A DNA stretch of 53,976 bases, the filler included, from Basidioascus undulatus (lineage: Eukaryota): NCBI GenBank assembly GCA_000826855.1. It is 3 parts of 3 records of this genome, joined end to end, with 100 filler letters (N's around TTAATTAATTAA, not from the genome) between each part and the next. Parts side by side here need not be neighbours in the genome. Positions count along the whole stretch, not along the records: positions 1 to 17,934 come from JTLS01000499.1; positions 18,035 to 35,963 come from JTLS01000500.1; 1 more part is not named here. The stretch is one strand, 5' to 3'. The position numbers and the translations under genes were made by a program. Shown here in pieces: positions 12,940-29,345 of this stretch (its first letter is position 1; each line of letters starts with the position of its first letter). A model generated the notes under the pieces. It was not told where the DNA came from and ran no database searches. It saw only the letters and a list, made by a program, of their open reading frames with translations.

Positions 12940-13460
12940 GTGCGAGAGAGAATCGAACGCTCTGCAGGAGGCGTTTAGGCGCTCGAAGGATGATGCATCA
13001 GTCAGTCGAAACGGCCTATTCGAGGGCCTGGCTACTGACTTTCCTCAACGCACAGCGTCGAGCTCGAAGTCGGAGGGCGGCGCCTCGAAGCGCATCTCAG
13101 CAGCGCGATGCAAGCTACGTGAGCCCCATGACATTCATTTCGCTTGGCTGGGACAGTCCATCTTATAGCCCCGACAGCCGCGCCCGCCTGGCGGACCTTC
13201 ACAACAACAACGCCCGGCGAAGCCGCGCCTCACAGTCTTTCGCAAAGTGAGTTATGTCTCATCTTCAATCTCGTTCTCAAAAAGAAATCCTGAAATACAC
13301 TTACCTATCTCCCTTCAGGTCACCAACGTCGTCCTCGACCTGCCGGACCGGATCGAGCGCTTGAACCTCCTATACTGGGCGAAGCGGATCAAGGAAGCGG
13401 CTACGCCCCGGAGGCGTTGGAGGGGGTGATTGAGCTTATGGTGATTACGGAGTACTCCAT
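12940..13460 (+). pseudogene. Possible decayed spliced gene, weak BTB/POZ-like N-terminus
   Basis: Splice-like signals join FRRSKDDA to VELEVGGRRLEAH, which resembles the start of a BTB fold. Downstream frame is ambiguous. Confidence 0.25.
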
Positions 13461-13644
13461 ATGAAGTGTAACAAACGAAAAGAAACGAAAAGTGAAACTG
13501 AACGATGTGAGGTGCATTACAGTAAACAAACAGGGAGCCATGTCACCCCAGGTCGCCCATGAAACCTGCAGCTAGCTTGCCACCATCATTGCACTTAGTC
13601 CCCTCAAACATCCGGCCTTTTTCTTTTGCGCAACATTGCCCTTT

Positions 13645-14760
13645 CGGTTATATCCCCCGAGATGTAGTCGCGGGTATTCGAATGTTTGCTCGAAGGGTGG
13701 ACCAACTACGGTCGGCGGAACCGTGACGGTTCGGCGTCGTACGGTGCGAGCATCGCGCTGGTGTGTCGGTCGTGGCGTTTGAGTATCTCGCTTACAAGAT
13801 TCAGCAGGCTCAAAGACTAACGGAAATTCCAGGGCCTTTCAAGCCATGTCGCTATCGTGATGTCTTTTTTGAGGGAGCCAAGTCGATCGAGGCGTTCGAT
13901 GCGCTCCTCTGCTGGTTGGACTTCGGAGGGTGTCAGCCCTTGCGACACACTCGGATCTTCGGGTTCACCATGTTTGAACTGAACGAGTACTCCGATTTCG
14001 ATCAAGGCCGCGTTCCGCACATCCTTCCATTCACGCGCCGCCTCGAACGCATCAACCTTTCCGAGGTAGCGGGACCTTCGACCCTTCATTCGCTCACTAG
14101 AAACAACTTTCGAACTCTGACTCATATTACGCTCGGGATGAGCGCGGACAGGACTGAGGACCTTCACTTCATCAGTCGCCTCACGGGACTACGGGAACTG
14201 GCCGTCGACGTTCATGATGATTTCAACAAGCCTTTGATTGGCTTTGTTCCCCAGACGTTCTCCCTTCCGAAGCTCCGTCATCTCAAGTTCGATGAAGGAT
14301 CTGATACTTAAATCCACGAATTAAGCTCGCTTCCTAGGCAGGTGTTTTCATCTCTTCGTGATGTGGAGTTCGTCGAATACAGCTTTTGCTGGGGCCATCG
14401 AGCCTATTCTTCGATCTCACGGGTCGAGCTTGCGGGTCCTCAACTTTGCTTTCTATGACGTAGAATCCGCGATGCTCACAGCTCTTATCAAACTACCTCC
14501 TCGCCTCGAAATCCTCGATATCACCATACCGACTTTTGACGTGATCGGGCCTGTCGTTGAAGCCCTGCCTTCCTCGCTATCTGAATTCAGGTTGAGCGAT
14601 CAAGACCTGTAGAGTTGCAATACGATACAGCGCCCGCTCTCCCTCAAGCGCATCTCTCTGCGTCGTTTTACCAAGGACCTGTCGGGCAGGTTGAGGGCCC
14701 TGCACCTTGGGCTCGCTCTGCAGTTTATCGCCAAGGGTATCGAGCTTGTATGAGATGGCT
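13645..14760 (+). pseudogene. F-box/leucine-rich-repeat protein pseudogene (copy 1)
   Basis: F-box-like ISPEM*SRVFECL...ASIALVCRSWR, then an intron (GACTAAC branch), then LRR segments LTGLRELAV, LPKLRHLKF, SLRVLNF and RLEILDI. In-frame stops near 13665, 14309 and 14610, and a frame change near 14390. Confidence 0.72.
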
Positions 14761-15685
14761 TTGTTGCATAGACTCCCCGGATCCCCACTGTATTTTGCAT
14801 GCAGTTGCGGGTGTTTGTGATACGATACTCTGCGTGTGATTGTTATCCGGCAGAGCGTCGTAGACATCCGACCTCAGGCTTTGCATGCCGCAGGGTAATC
14901 ATCATTAGATACAAATTCGCTCGAAAGCCTACTTCCAGACTCGCAAACTCAAGCATGCTTCCGTATATATATAAAATGATAAAGTTTCCGCTGTCCCCTC
15001 TGCCTCACAGCGAGCACTCGACGTCTGCCAGTGAATAATGAAACCTTTGCCTATGGGAGTGCCTCTTCGTTGGACTGCTTTCAGTCACCTAAAATCCTCC
15101 GGGAGCTTCAGGGGGTGATCTTTTTCATGTGGCTGAAACTTTTCATTCGACCCACGGGGAGCAAGGCGCTGACGGGCAATGGTCTTCGCGTATCGTCGCG
15201 CAGTGTCGCCTCCTCATCTGAACCTCGAGCTCAGGACCGGACCGACCGGAAACTTTGCTTTACAACACTAATTGTGTCTCTCTATGAGGGCAGCAATGAC
15301 CGCTCCTCTCTCAGACGAAACCCAGAGGAGGTCCCAAGGCATAATTTGCTCTCTCTTTTCCGTGTCGCCAAGCAGAGGGGCTGGTTCCCTGGTTCAACGA
15401 CACGGACTGGGCCGTCTAAACGGGATCTTGACGTGCGTGTCAATGATGTGATAGTGAGCTTAATGAGAGCCTATCGCGCCCACGCCCTCCGTTCTCCGGC
15501 CTCCGTCCGTGTCGCACCTCAAGATGAGGAGTGAGCGGTGAGCAGTGAGCATTGCAGTACCTAGTGTGCGATTCAACATCAACGTCAAGCATCAAGTCCA
15601 TCTCCCTTCCTTCTCCCGCCTTCCTTCGTCCTTCGTGCTGTTCCTCAACCCTCAAGCCAGCCAGGGTAAGTGTGGCTGACGCCGC

Positions 15686-16679
15686 TCAGACGTCAACGAC
15701 ATCATCCCCGCTCTCGACCTTGTTCTTGACCTCGACGTTGCCCTTGATCGCTAGGGAGTAGGGGCAGATCTGGACATTCCAAGCGGTCAGTCTCCTTCGA
15801 GCGAAATCAAGGGAAACCCGGGAAGAACAGGAACAGAATGAAAAGTGGGAGAAAGAGAAGCCGACGCACGTTATGCGTGACCTTAACCACCTCCGCGAGC
15901 TTGTCCGCGCCGTACTCGCCCTCTGAGTCACGCACGTAGAGCTCGACGGCGAGCGCGAAGGGGTGGTCGTCGTCGTTGGCGGGCTTGCCCAGCGTGACGG
16001 CGGCGTCGACGGTGAGGTCCTTGGGGAGGTCCGGGTACTCGAGCCGCTTCTGCGCGACGGCCATCGCCCCGCGGTAGCAGGCTGCGTAGCCGAGGGCTGG
16101 TTGCGAGCAAGGGGTCAGTACTAGAATGCAACTCATGCCACTAGGAAGGGAGGGAGAAGGGGAAGAGAGAGGGAGGAGGAATGGAAGGAGAGGAGGAGGG
16201 AGAGGAGGAGGAAAGGGAGACACACCGAAGAGCTGCTCAGGGTTCGTCCCCTTGCCAGAGCCGCCGAGTTCCTTGGGGCTCACGAGCGTGACAGACAGCT
16301 CGCCGTCGTCGGTGTGGCCCTTGCCGTTGCGGCCGCCGATGACACCCGCGCGGGCGGTGTCTGCTCGACGTCCCGAGTAGTCAGTAAGAAGCCTTGCGTG
16401 GATTGCAAGAGGGGAGGGGAAGAAGAGGGAGAGGAAGGGAAGGGAGAGAAGAAAGAGAGAAGGTGAAGAGGGAGGAGGCGAGGGTGAGTAAGATAAGGGA
16501 GAGGGACGAGAGAAGCAGAAACATGGTAGAGGTCCAAAGGGGAAGGGGAAGGGAAAAAGACACGCACAAAGCGGCTTCTCGAGGGTGTAGACGGTGCGTT
16601 TGAGGCTGGGGGACGCGCGCGGAGCGGCGGGAGCGAGGCGCGGGAGGGCGCGGAGGGCGGCGGTGCGGGCGAGGGACAT
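15686..16679 (-). CDS. ohr: Organic hydroperoxide resistance protein (Ohr/OsmC family) with mitochondrial-type presequence, 4 exons
   Basis: YTARAGVIGGRNG (catalytic Arg), [25 protein letters not shown] (Glu, peroxidatic Cys) and ICPYSLAIKGNVEV (resolving Cys). N-terminus MSLARTAALRALPRLAPAAPRASPSLKR is Arg/Ala/Leu-rich and acid-free. Confidence 0.93.
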
Positions 16680-16898
16680 CTTGCGTGTAAAATGTGGGTA
16701 TTGGTGACGAAGAAGAAGGGAGTGTGGATGGAGGAGGAGGAGGTGATCGGTGGACACGGCGAGCAGAAGTGACGTCTTCGGAGAGCGGTGGCTTCGTTGA
16801 ATTGCCAAACAACAGGCTGAGGCAGCTCAACTGTCACATGCGTGCGTTTCGCGTCCCTTTCCCTTCGCCCCCACCCTCAACACCTCCTCCTCCTAGCA

Positions 16899-17934
16899 AT
16901 GGGCCAATCCCAATCCGCCTCCTCGCCCGCGGGCCACCCGTCCTCTCCCCTCACGCGCGCCCCCGCCGGCCTAAGCGGGAGCAGCGGCCCCTCCTCGCCC
17001 GCCTCGCACGCGCGCTCCCCGACAACCTCAACGACCTCCAGCGGGCTCCCGCGCCGCAAGTCGCTCGAGCTTCCCGACCTCGCGCCGCTGCAGCTCACAC
17101 CCACAACCACCCCACCGCACCAGCGCAGGCTCGCCGGCGCTGGCGGGGGCGGGGCCCGCGTGCCGAGCCCGCTCGTGGACTCGGCCGTTGCGCAGATGCA
17201 GACGGTGCAGGGGAGCTACTTCCCCCTTGTCCCGCCGGCGTCGGCGGCGGCGGAGGATGCGGGCTTGCCGGATTTCGCGGGGCCGCAGGCGGGAGGGAGG
17301 AAGGAGGAGGGGTGGGAGGGGAAGGAGAGGAAGGAGGAGGAGGGCAGGACGCCGGAGACGGTTCTGACGTGGAATGGCGGCGGCGAGGAGGTGTATGTTA
17401 CGTATGGCGATGAGTGGAAGGAGCGCATCAAGATGATCAAGTCGTGCGTCTATCCCTCGCCTCTTTCCTCCCCTTCCCCTTGCAATCCTTTTTCTGCCCC
17501 ATCACCTTCATTCTCCTCCCGTGCTGACTCTCCCGCGTTCGTCCCTCCCCCCCAGCAACAACGACTTCACCCTATCCCTTCCTCTCCCGCCGGGGCACCA
17601 CCGCGTCGCCTTCCTCGTCGACCAGAACTGGCGCGTCTCGGACGACCTCCAAACTGCGACTGACGGCGACGGCCACCTCGTCAACTACATCGAGGTCCCC
17701 CGCCCCGGCGCGAAGCCGCCGCTGTCGGAGAGACAGGCAGCCGAGGCGCGCAGGAGGGGGAGCGGGAAGAAGAAGAGGCGGACGGGTGGGTGCCTTCTTA
17801 CTTCTCCCTCTTTGCCCCCACCCCCAAATTTCGTTTCCCCTTGCCTCCTTTACCTATTTCATTCTCCCCATTTCTTTCCTCTCTCTGCACCGGTCTGACT
17901 TCGTATCTCGGTGAGCGGCGCAGTTTCGCAGACG
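16899..17934 (+). CDS. AMPK/Snf1 kinase beta subunit (Gal83/Sip2-like), 5' part; truncated by assembly gap
   Basis: MGQSQS myristoylation-type start. CBM48 glycogen-binding domain TVLTWNGGGEEVYVT..W..RIKMIKS|NNDFTLSLPLPPGHHRVAFLVDQNWRVSDDLQTATDGDGHLVNYIEV. Confidence 0.85.
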
Positions 17935-18034
17935 NNNNNNNNNNNNNNNNNNNNNNNNNNNNNNNNNNNNNNNNNNNNTTAATTAATTAANNNNNNNNNN
18001 NNNNNNNNNNNNNNNNNNNNNNNNNNNNNNNNNN
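17935..18034. other. Artificial scaffold spacer (44 N + TTAATTAATTAA + 44 N)
   Basis: Exactly 100 nt with a six-frame stop linker; same layout as 35964-36063. Confidence 0.98.
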
Positions 18035-18641
18035 GCGGGAGCATGAGGCGTTCAAGCACTCCCGCAGCCTCTCGCGAGAGGCGCGCCGCCCGGCCGCCCC
18101 CCCGCTCCCGCCAGTGCCGGATAGGGAGGAGTGGAGGATGTCGGAGTGGGAGCTGGTAGACGGACTGGACGAGGGTGAACCGGGGAGCATCGTAGGGCGG
18201 CAGCGTGCGCTCTCGCTTCCCAAACCGCCGCCGTCGGTGCGGCGGAAGGACAGCCGGACGTCGTCGACCCGCACAGCGTCGTGCAGGACAGACGAGCGCT
18301 CCTCATCGCGAGCCACACTGCGTCCTCGGCTCGAACCCCTCCCCTACGCCCAACCGCCGCACCCCTACGCCCGCGCCCAACCCTCACCCACCACGCCCTC
18401 ATATTCGTACTCCCCGCGCACCCGGTCGCGCACCGTCTCCACCACAGAGCAGCGCGCCGCAGCGCCCCTCGTCCCTCCTTCCCCGACCGAACACGGCTCC
18501 CAGTCGGCGCGATCCGCACCGGCGGTCTTGCGGGAGTGCAAGTTCTCGCACGACGATGGGGTGCACCCTGGCATGGCGGGATCCGGACGAACCAAGAAAT
18601 CGCGCGTTTTGCTGTTCTTCGGGATGGGCCGCTGTGAATAG
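18035..18641 (+). CDS. 3' end of an unidentified protein (low-complexity Pro/Ser/Arg-rich tail)
   Basis: Open frame from the gap to TAG 18639-18641 with coding-like GC3 bias, followed by a pyrimidine-rich 3' UTR-like tract. No recognisable domain. Confidence 0.5.
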
Positions 18642-19123
18642 TTTCAACCCACATTCTGTATCAGCTGCAGGATTCTCCCTTCATGTCTTCTTTGTTCTCC
18701 TCTATGATCTCCTCTTCCTATGCTCGCCCCTTTCTATGTTCTACGGTTTTGAGGTTACTTAGTGTAACAATTCCATAATCTCGTTTGGACGTTACCCGTG
18801 TTGCTGGCAAACCGCTGCCAACGCCGTGAGGTGTCTCGATGCAAAGCTGGCAAGCTCGACCAGCAAGCCACCATTATTTCAATGCCGACCAAGCGACGAC
18901 TCAACTAAACACAGCGTAAGACTTGGCGAAGGGCCCCTAGCCTAAGCGGCCGCATGTTACCTCCACCGCCTAAACCCATCGGCAGTTATTCCAGTCAAGC
19001 CAGAGCGTCAATGCGGTGATATGCGAAGTTACCAAGTACAGGGTATGCGATGGGGATGCGCGCAGAGTCCAAAAAGGGGGAGAGAATAATACACAAGACA
19101 CGTCACGTCGGAGACCAGCCCGC

Positions 19124-24085
<4,962 letters not shown>

Positions 24086-25379
24086 GTCGAAGGAAGACGC
24101 GAGCGAGAGAGCGGCTCGGTGGCGGCGATCGAGGAGAGGAACGAAGCCGGTTCGAGACCGCGGAAATCACGGGGAATGAGGATCTGTATACGAAATACAA
24201 AATAAACGTGAGTCGTAGGTTGCAGGTAGCGTGAGCGGCGGAGACTGACAGAGGTTGAAAGTACAGAGTCAGGTTCGAACTTGGAGATTGAGATTTCCCG
24301 CGCTTTCCTGGACATGCCCTGGTTAGGTTGCGACCTCCACCGCTCGCGCCGTTGGCAGTAAAACTCCCTGCGAACACAGACGTGGTCCTTCACGAATACA
24401 TCGAGAAAACAGCAGTCAAATGAGTACACGTAAAATGTGTCTTCTATGAGGATAAGTGGCGGAACGGCCTGATCAGCTTCATGCAGTGACTGCTGGCAGG
24501 CAGCACCTGCAGCTTCATGACCTAGTGGAATATAGCGACGGTATTGAAAAAGACTCAAATATTGATAATTTCTCTATGGCCTGTAAAAAATGGAAGTAGG
24601 TGAGGTAGTCGACCTTTGTCGGCAACGGTTCGCTGGCTCTTTCCTGGCTTTGCGGAGGAAAATACCAGGGCACGCTTTCCGACCATGGATGGAACTTTAG
24701 TTGCAGTAGGCGGTAGTATCTGAGTAAATGCTTGCATTGTAAGAATTTTGGATTTTGGGAGCTGCCTGTTGGGCAGAATATATCGGAGCTCGAGGCAGTG
24801 CGGTTGAGCGCTGGTGGGTTTGTGGGTTTCAGTGCGCAGCGTCTCGAGTGGCAGCGGCCAGCTTCCCGGAGTGACGACGCGTGCTCGGAATTTCACTTCA
24901 GCCTAAAACTGGCAGGTAAGTATCTTGCGGAAAAGACTCGTGCGAGGGGGCGGGACGTTGCGACGCGTGTCGCTCGCTGTGCGGGACATACGACTGAATC
25001 GGTGGTTCAGCAGCGTAGTCAGCGTCCAAATTGGCAGAGGAAGTACCATGATTATTTTGTTGAAAAATGCATTCTCTGCGCCGACTTGCGAAGAAACCGA
25101 CTTCCGCACTCACCCTGTCGCCGCCGGTAAAGACGGTGTAGGTCGCCTGCTGATTGTTCTCACCGACGGGTCCCAAGCGATGCTCGTATCCGTTGTTAAC
25201 ATCGTCAACGACTCGGAACAGCACCGATCCGGTTGTGGCGGGCGTATTACGGTTGGGTGGTTGGGCGCTTCGGGAAGGAGGGCCTGAGAAGAAATCAAGC
25301 ATAGGTTATCACACAGCCCCTAAGTTGTGAGGAGGATTGAAGGAGACCATGCCTGATAGCCGAACGCAGACCATTCAAT

Positions 25380-27660
25380 CACATTTCCGATCTACAGCCA
25401 GGCGCGTCCTTGTCAAAACACAGGTGAGGTACTCAATCTGGCGGCAGTTATTCACAGTACCGGAGTAGTACACAGGGTAGTAACATGCGTTCGGGTACTG
25501 GCCGGCGGCGATCCTCTCCTGAATTTGTTCTCTGTAGGCGGAAAGCACGTTGACGCCGCGGGAACTGCCAAAAACAACGTGCAGTGAGCATGAGAGGACG
25601 AGCAAGATTTGTTCCGCACACCCAACAGACAGACTCACGTAGTGCCCTGCGGATATCCCAACAAGGTGTTGGAGAGCCGTCGGCGGAACAGCATGTCGAG
25701 GGGCTCGTCCGTGGTCTCGCCGGAGGGAGGTTGAACCCAGGAAAGGACGTGCTGGACGGGAGCCGCGATGTTTCTGAACGCATCGGCGTTCGTGCTCCAG
25801 TTTAAATTCTACTATCAGCCTACGAAACCAGCGTCTATCCCATCGGTACGCACAAAGCGGAACTCGCATTGACCAAGAGAGCCAAAGTACCGGATCAGGT
25901 CCTCAACCTCCATCGCCATTTGCCAGTCGCTCGACCCCGCCTGAAAATTGTTGATCTTCATGATATTCCTCTCTTTCTGCGGCGGTGATTCGGGGGTCGG
26001 ACTCCAGCCATTCACGACATATGATTTCGCTAGAGATGAAAGAGGATCTGCTTATGCGACAGAAACGTCCGAATCACCGAAAACCCAACGTACCTTGGTT
26101 GAGGTAGCGGGGCCCAAACTGTGTTATCGACCTGTCCACAACGTGAAGGCTGCCTGATCACCCTGGCCTTGCACGAATCCAGTCTATGCCGGAACCTAGC
26201 ATCATCTGGTTCACGAAGGCCTCAGACTGCCGTTTTCCCGAGAAGGGCAGGTAGTCGTCGTTGCAGAGGAATGCCCCGTGGGCCGGAAGACCGCCATACG
26301 AGCACACGCTGTCCGACGTGAGCACCCTTATCTGGGCGAGGTGACCGGCCAGCTGCTCTGCCACGGACTCCTTCTCCTCCTTCGACATTGACTTCATGGC
26401 ATCTGACGCATCGATGCCTGGCCTGCCTGTCAGCACATGTTCTCCCGTTAAAGGAGGCGAGCGTTCAACTGACGTTATCGATCTGCATACAAAGCCTGTC
26501 ATCAGCATAAAATTCGAATATTGTTAAGAGCAGGAAAGAAACGCACGGTTTCGAGTAGAGCGTCGGCAAATTGCAGGTCACCGCCGTCGTGCAGCTACTT
26601 TGTCCACAAGCGTCGGAGCCTGAACGCGGATGAAGCAGTAAGTCAGACCGGAATGTGCAAGCGAGCGCAATAATGGAGCCTTTTTTTACTCACATGGTGC
26701 AGCGAGCGTTGCCGAAGCGGATGTAAAGAAGTCGTTGAGATATCTCAGCCTATTTAGTATGTAACATTTCAGCTTGGGAAACTCGTGAAAAATATGAGGG
26801 GGTACTAACTCGAAGAGCTGCGGGCGAAGGCGTGCATGCCAGTCTCAAGCTACCGGAACGGAAGTCCTGAGGAATGCACGGACGTGTTCTTGGACATTGC
26901 CCCCCAGCCTCTCTTCATGGTCCTCGATCTCCAATTCAATGCTGTCCCCGGGTCCGTCGGGAAGGTAGAAGAAACGACCGCGCTCGAGGTCGGCGGCTTC
27001 TTCCGGCTGCCGATTCAGGTTGCACTTTGAGATATTGATAGCTGATACGACAATTTGATTTAGCATGGAAAACGAGATGAGCCAGTTCAAGCAGGGAAGC
27101 ATACTGCGTCTCGGGGCACGAGGCTCCAGATCCCTCCTCCGGTAATCGCCATCCTCGTCGTCCGCAATCGGAGCTCTCGTTGGGCGGGGACTGTGTGAAC
27201 AGGGGCGAGTGGTAGAGGTGGAGGAGGGAAGCGGATGCGACAGCAAGGGGCATGCAGCCAATGCAGCTGACTGCTGGCAGAACAGGGCCGACGATGGCCG
27301 GACCGAACACCACCTACCAGGGGACGCCGTTGTCAGCGGACGGTCCGTAAACGGTCGCAGCAGGCGCCTCGGAACAGGGACAACACTTGTCCAGGAGGGG
27401 TCGTCTGAATCCGTGAAGGTGATGGCGGTAGCAGAGGGAGGAGGAACTGGGTTGGACTCGGTGGCTTTCGGAGGAGGCGTGACGGTCGGCGCCTCCACAT
27501 CCGTAGAAGTCTGCAGAAGTGGGAATCTCGTTGTCAGATGCTATTCTTTAAGTGATCCAAATTGTTAGCTCGAAGGACCGAGGAGCTGTCTTTAGTTGCG
27601 GTGCTGGTCGAAGACGTCCAGTCGTCCGTGGACGTCGGCGAGTCCGTTGTGGATGCAGAC
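25380..27660 (-). pseudogene. Decayed spliced coding region including an aminoglycoside-phosphotransferase/kinase-like fragment
   Basis: Segment SMSKEEKESVAEQLAGHLAQIRVLTSDSVCSYGG (26270-26400) resembles the helix of fungal APH-domain proteins. It is flanked by splice signals and broken ORFs; no HGDL catalytic motif seen. May be more than one gene. Confidence 0.35.
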
Positions 27661-27826
27661 TGCCGCATCAAAGCAATCATTAGCACACCACGACTAGACA
27701 TGAAGCATCAAGCTTTAGGAAAATAAATTGTGGTCTCCGCTGCTTTCCCCGCATCCAGCTTCAGCACTTCGTCTTCAGCCACACTCGCATTCTATCTCTC
27801 CACCTTCCAGCTTCGCCACTTCAACA

Positions 27827-28498
27827 ATGCGTTCCACCATCGCCCTCCTCGCCACCCACGCCGCCGTCTCCCACGCCGTGCCCGCCCCGGAGGCCCAGCC
27901 CGACTTCCCTGTCGACCTGTCCCATATCTACGAGGCCGACGCGGTGCCAATCTTCACCCCCGGCCCCACCCCCACCGAGGGCGCCGGTCTCTCCATCGTG
28001 GAAATCAAAGGGACCCTCACCCTCGTTCAGGGCTACTCACCGAGACTACGGAGGGCTGCGGATGCTACAGCGACTCGTGCGTTTATCAGTTCACCTCCGC
28101 AGTCCTGCCTTTGGGAGAAGTGACTGACGCGTTTTCTCCAACAGGAACGGCAACGTCCTCAACATCGAACTCCTCGCGTATCTCCTTCCACCTTTCGGGC
28201 TACTTCACCTCTTGCTCGGAGGGTACTTGTTGCAGCATCGCGTTCGTCCTATCTCCCAACTCCGACCCTCGTGCGCAGGCTCACGTCCTTTACCCCAACA
28301 AGTTCCGGCGCGCCTTTCAACTTCGAGCTCTCCGCCGCCCTTATCAAAACCTGCAATACTCGGAACGAGGACGCGGAGTTCATTAACGGGTACATCCCTG
28401 GGCTGTTATGTCCAAACATGTTTGCAGCGCTGACGCTTGCATGTCCGCGTGCAGTGCCGGCAACGTCCTCAGCGCCGAGATCTTCGCTACCATCATAA
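27827..28498 (+). pseudogene. Small secreted-protein-like gene, apparently frameshifted
   Basis: MRSTIALLATHAAVSHAVPAPEAQP is a typical signal peptide plus pro-region with strong codon bias. The codon-biased frame switches near 28035, and short introns follow. Confidence 0.45.
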
Positions 28499-29345
28499 AT
28501 GCCCAGTACAGCTACCTGTCTGACGGACTCTGTCGGGAAGAGGTGTAGGTCCGATCATCTTCCATGTCTTGCAAACACACCAGCTGAATTGCGCAAATCC
28601 GGCCTCATAGTGAGCGTCGATGTCGTGCTCGCGCTCCTTAGCGGGCCGGTCGAAGGCTGCTGCCCGAACTTCTGAAACCTGTACGTCTCTCAGAGTCTCC
28701 CTACCCCACATCTGTTGCTGGTGATGTTCTGGCTCGGCAGGGCCGGCACTCTAGTCGACCTCGCCGCCGTCATCGCCGTCCTGCAGCTTCACTACGTCCG
28801 GAACGCTGTCGGAACGTGGTGCGACAGGGTGTACGTCTGAGTCGAACTCCCTCTCGCCGCCGCGACCAACTGCAGCGGAAAACACACCCTCAAAGTTCCG
28901 CTCGTGATAACCTGGGAGGTCAAGTGCAGTGGTGTGCCTGCAAGGCCTCCGCATCGAATTCAAGCTGCAATGCGGCAACAGCATGTTGCTGAAACTGGTG
29001 CCTGCATACTGATCTGTACAGCGCGTTGCTTTGAGACGCGTGTACGTGCATTGCGAGGGTAAGGACAGGAGACTGATGTTGCTTTCGCTAAGGTTGAATC
29101 TTGCGATCTCCATTTGCCAAAAAAGCAATTAGAAAAAGCTCTTGGCGACGCAAGAGTGCCGGCGCCAGTAGGCAGACCCCCCGTGTCCACTCAATACAAG
29201 CGCGCGGTCCGCCCTGCATCCCTGCATTAGTCCATGATCACTTCGTTGGCCTCCTTCCATGGCTGCGGGTCTTCGCCAGTCGCTTTCGCTTTGTTACTCA
29301 TTAACGCTGAGCAAGATACTCCGCTGACTTTTCGAAAACTCGAAC

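Noticed and set aside
13645..14760. Stop-codon reassignment or A-to-I editing rescuing the broken genes
   Set aside because: All three stop types plus frameshifts occur, and intact genes terminate with TAA, TAG and TGA normally.
17935..18034. Palindromic TTAATTAATTAA within N runs (also 35964-36063)
   Set aside because: Assembly linker with stops in all six frames. Not biological, and adjacency across it should not be trusted.
18035..18641. Post-gap ORF as the C-terminus of the AMPK beta subunit
   Set aside because: Lacks the conserved beta-subunit C-terminal (ASC) motifs; more likely a different gene on another contig.
24100..24290. tRNA gene suggested by GGTTCGA T-loop motifs
   Set aside because: No acceptor, D or anticodon stems can be folded.
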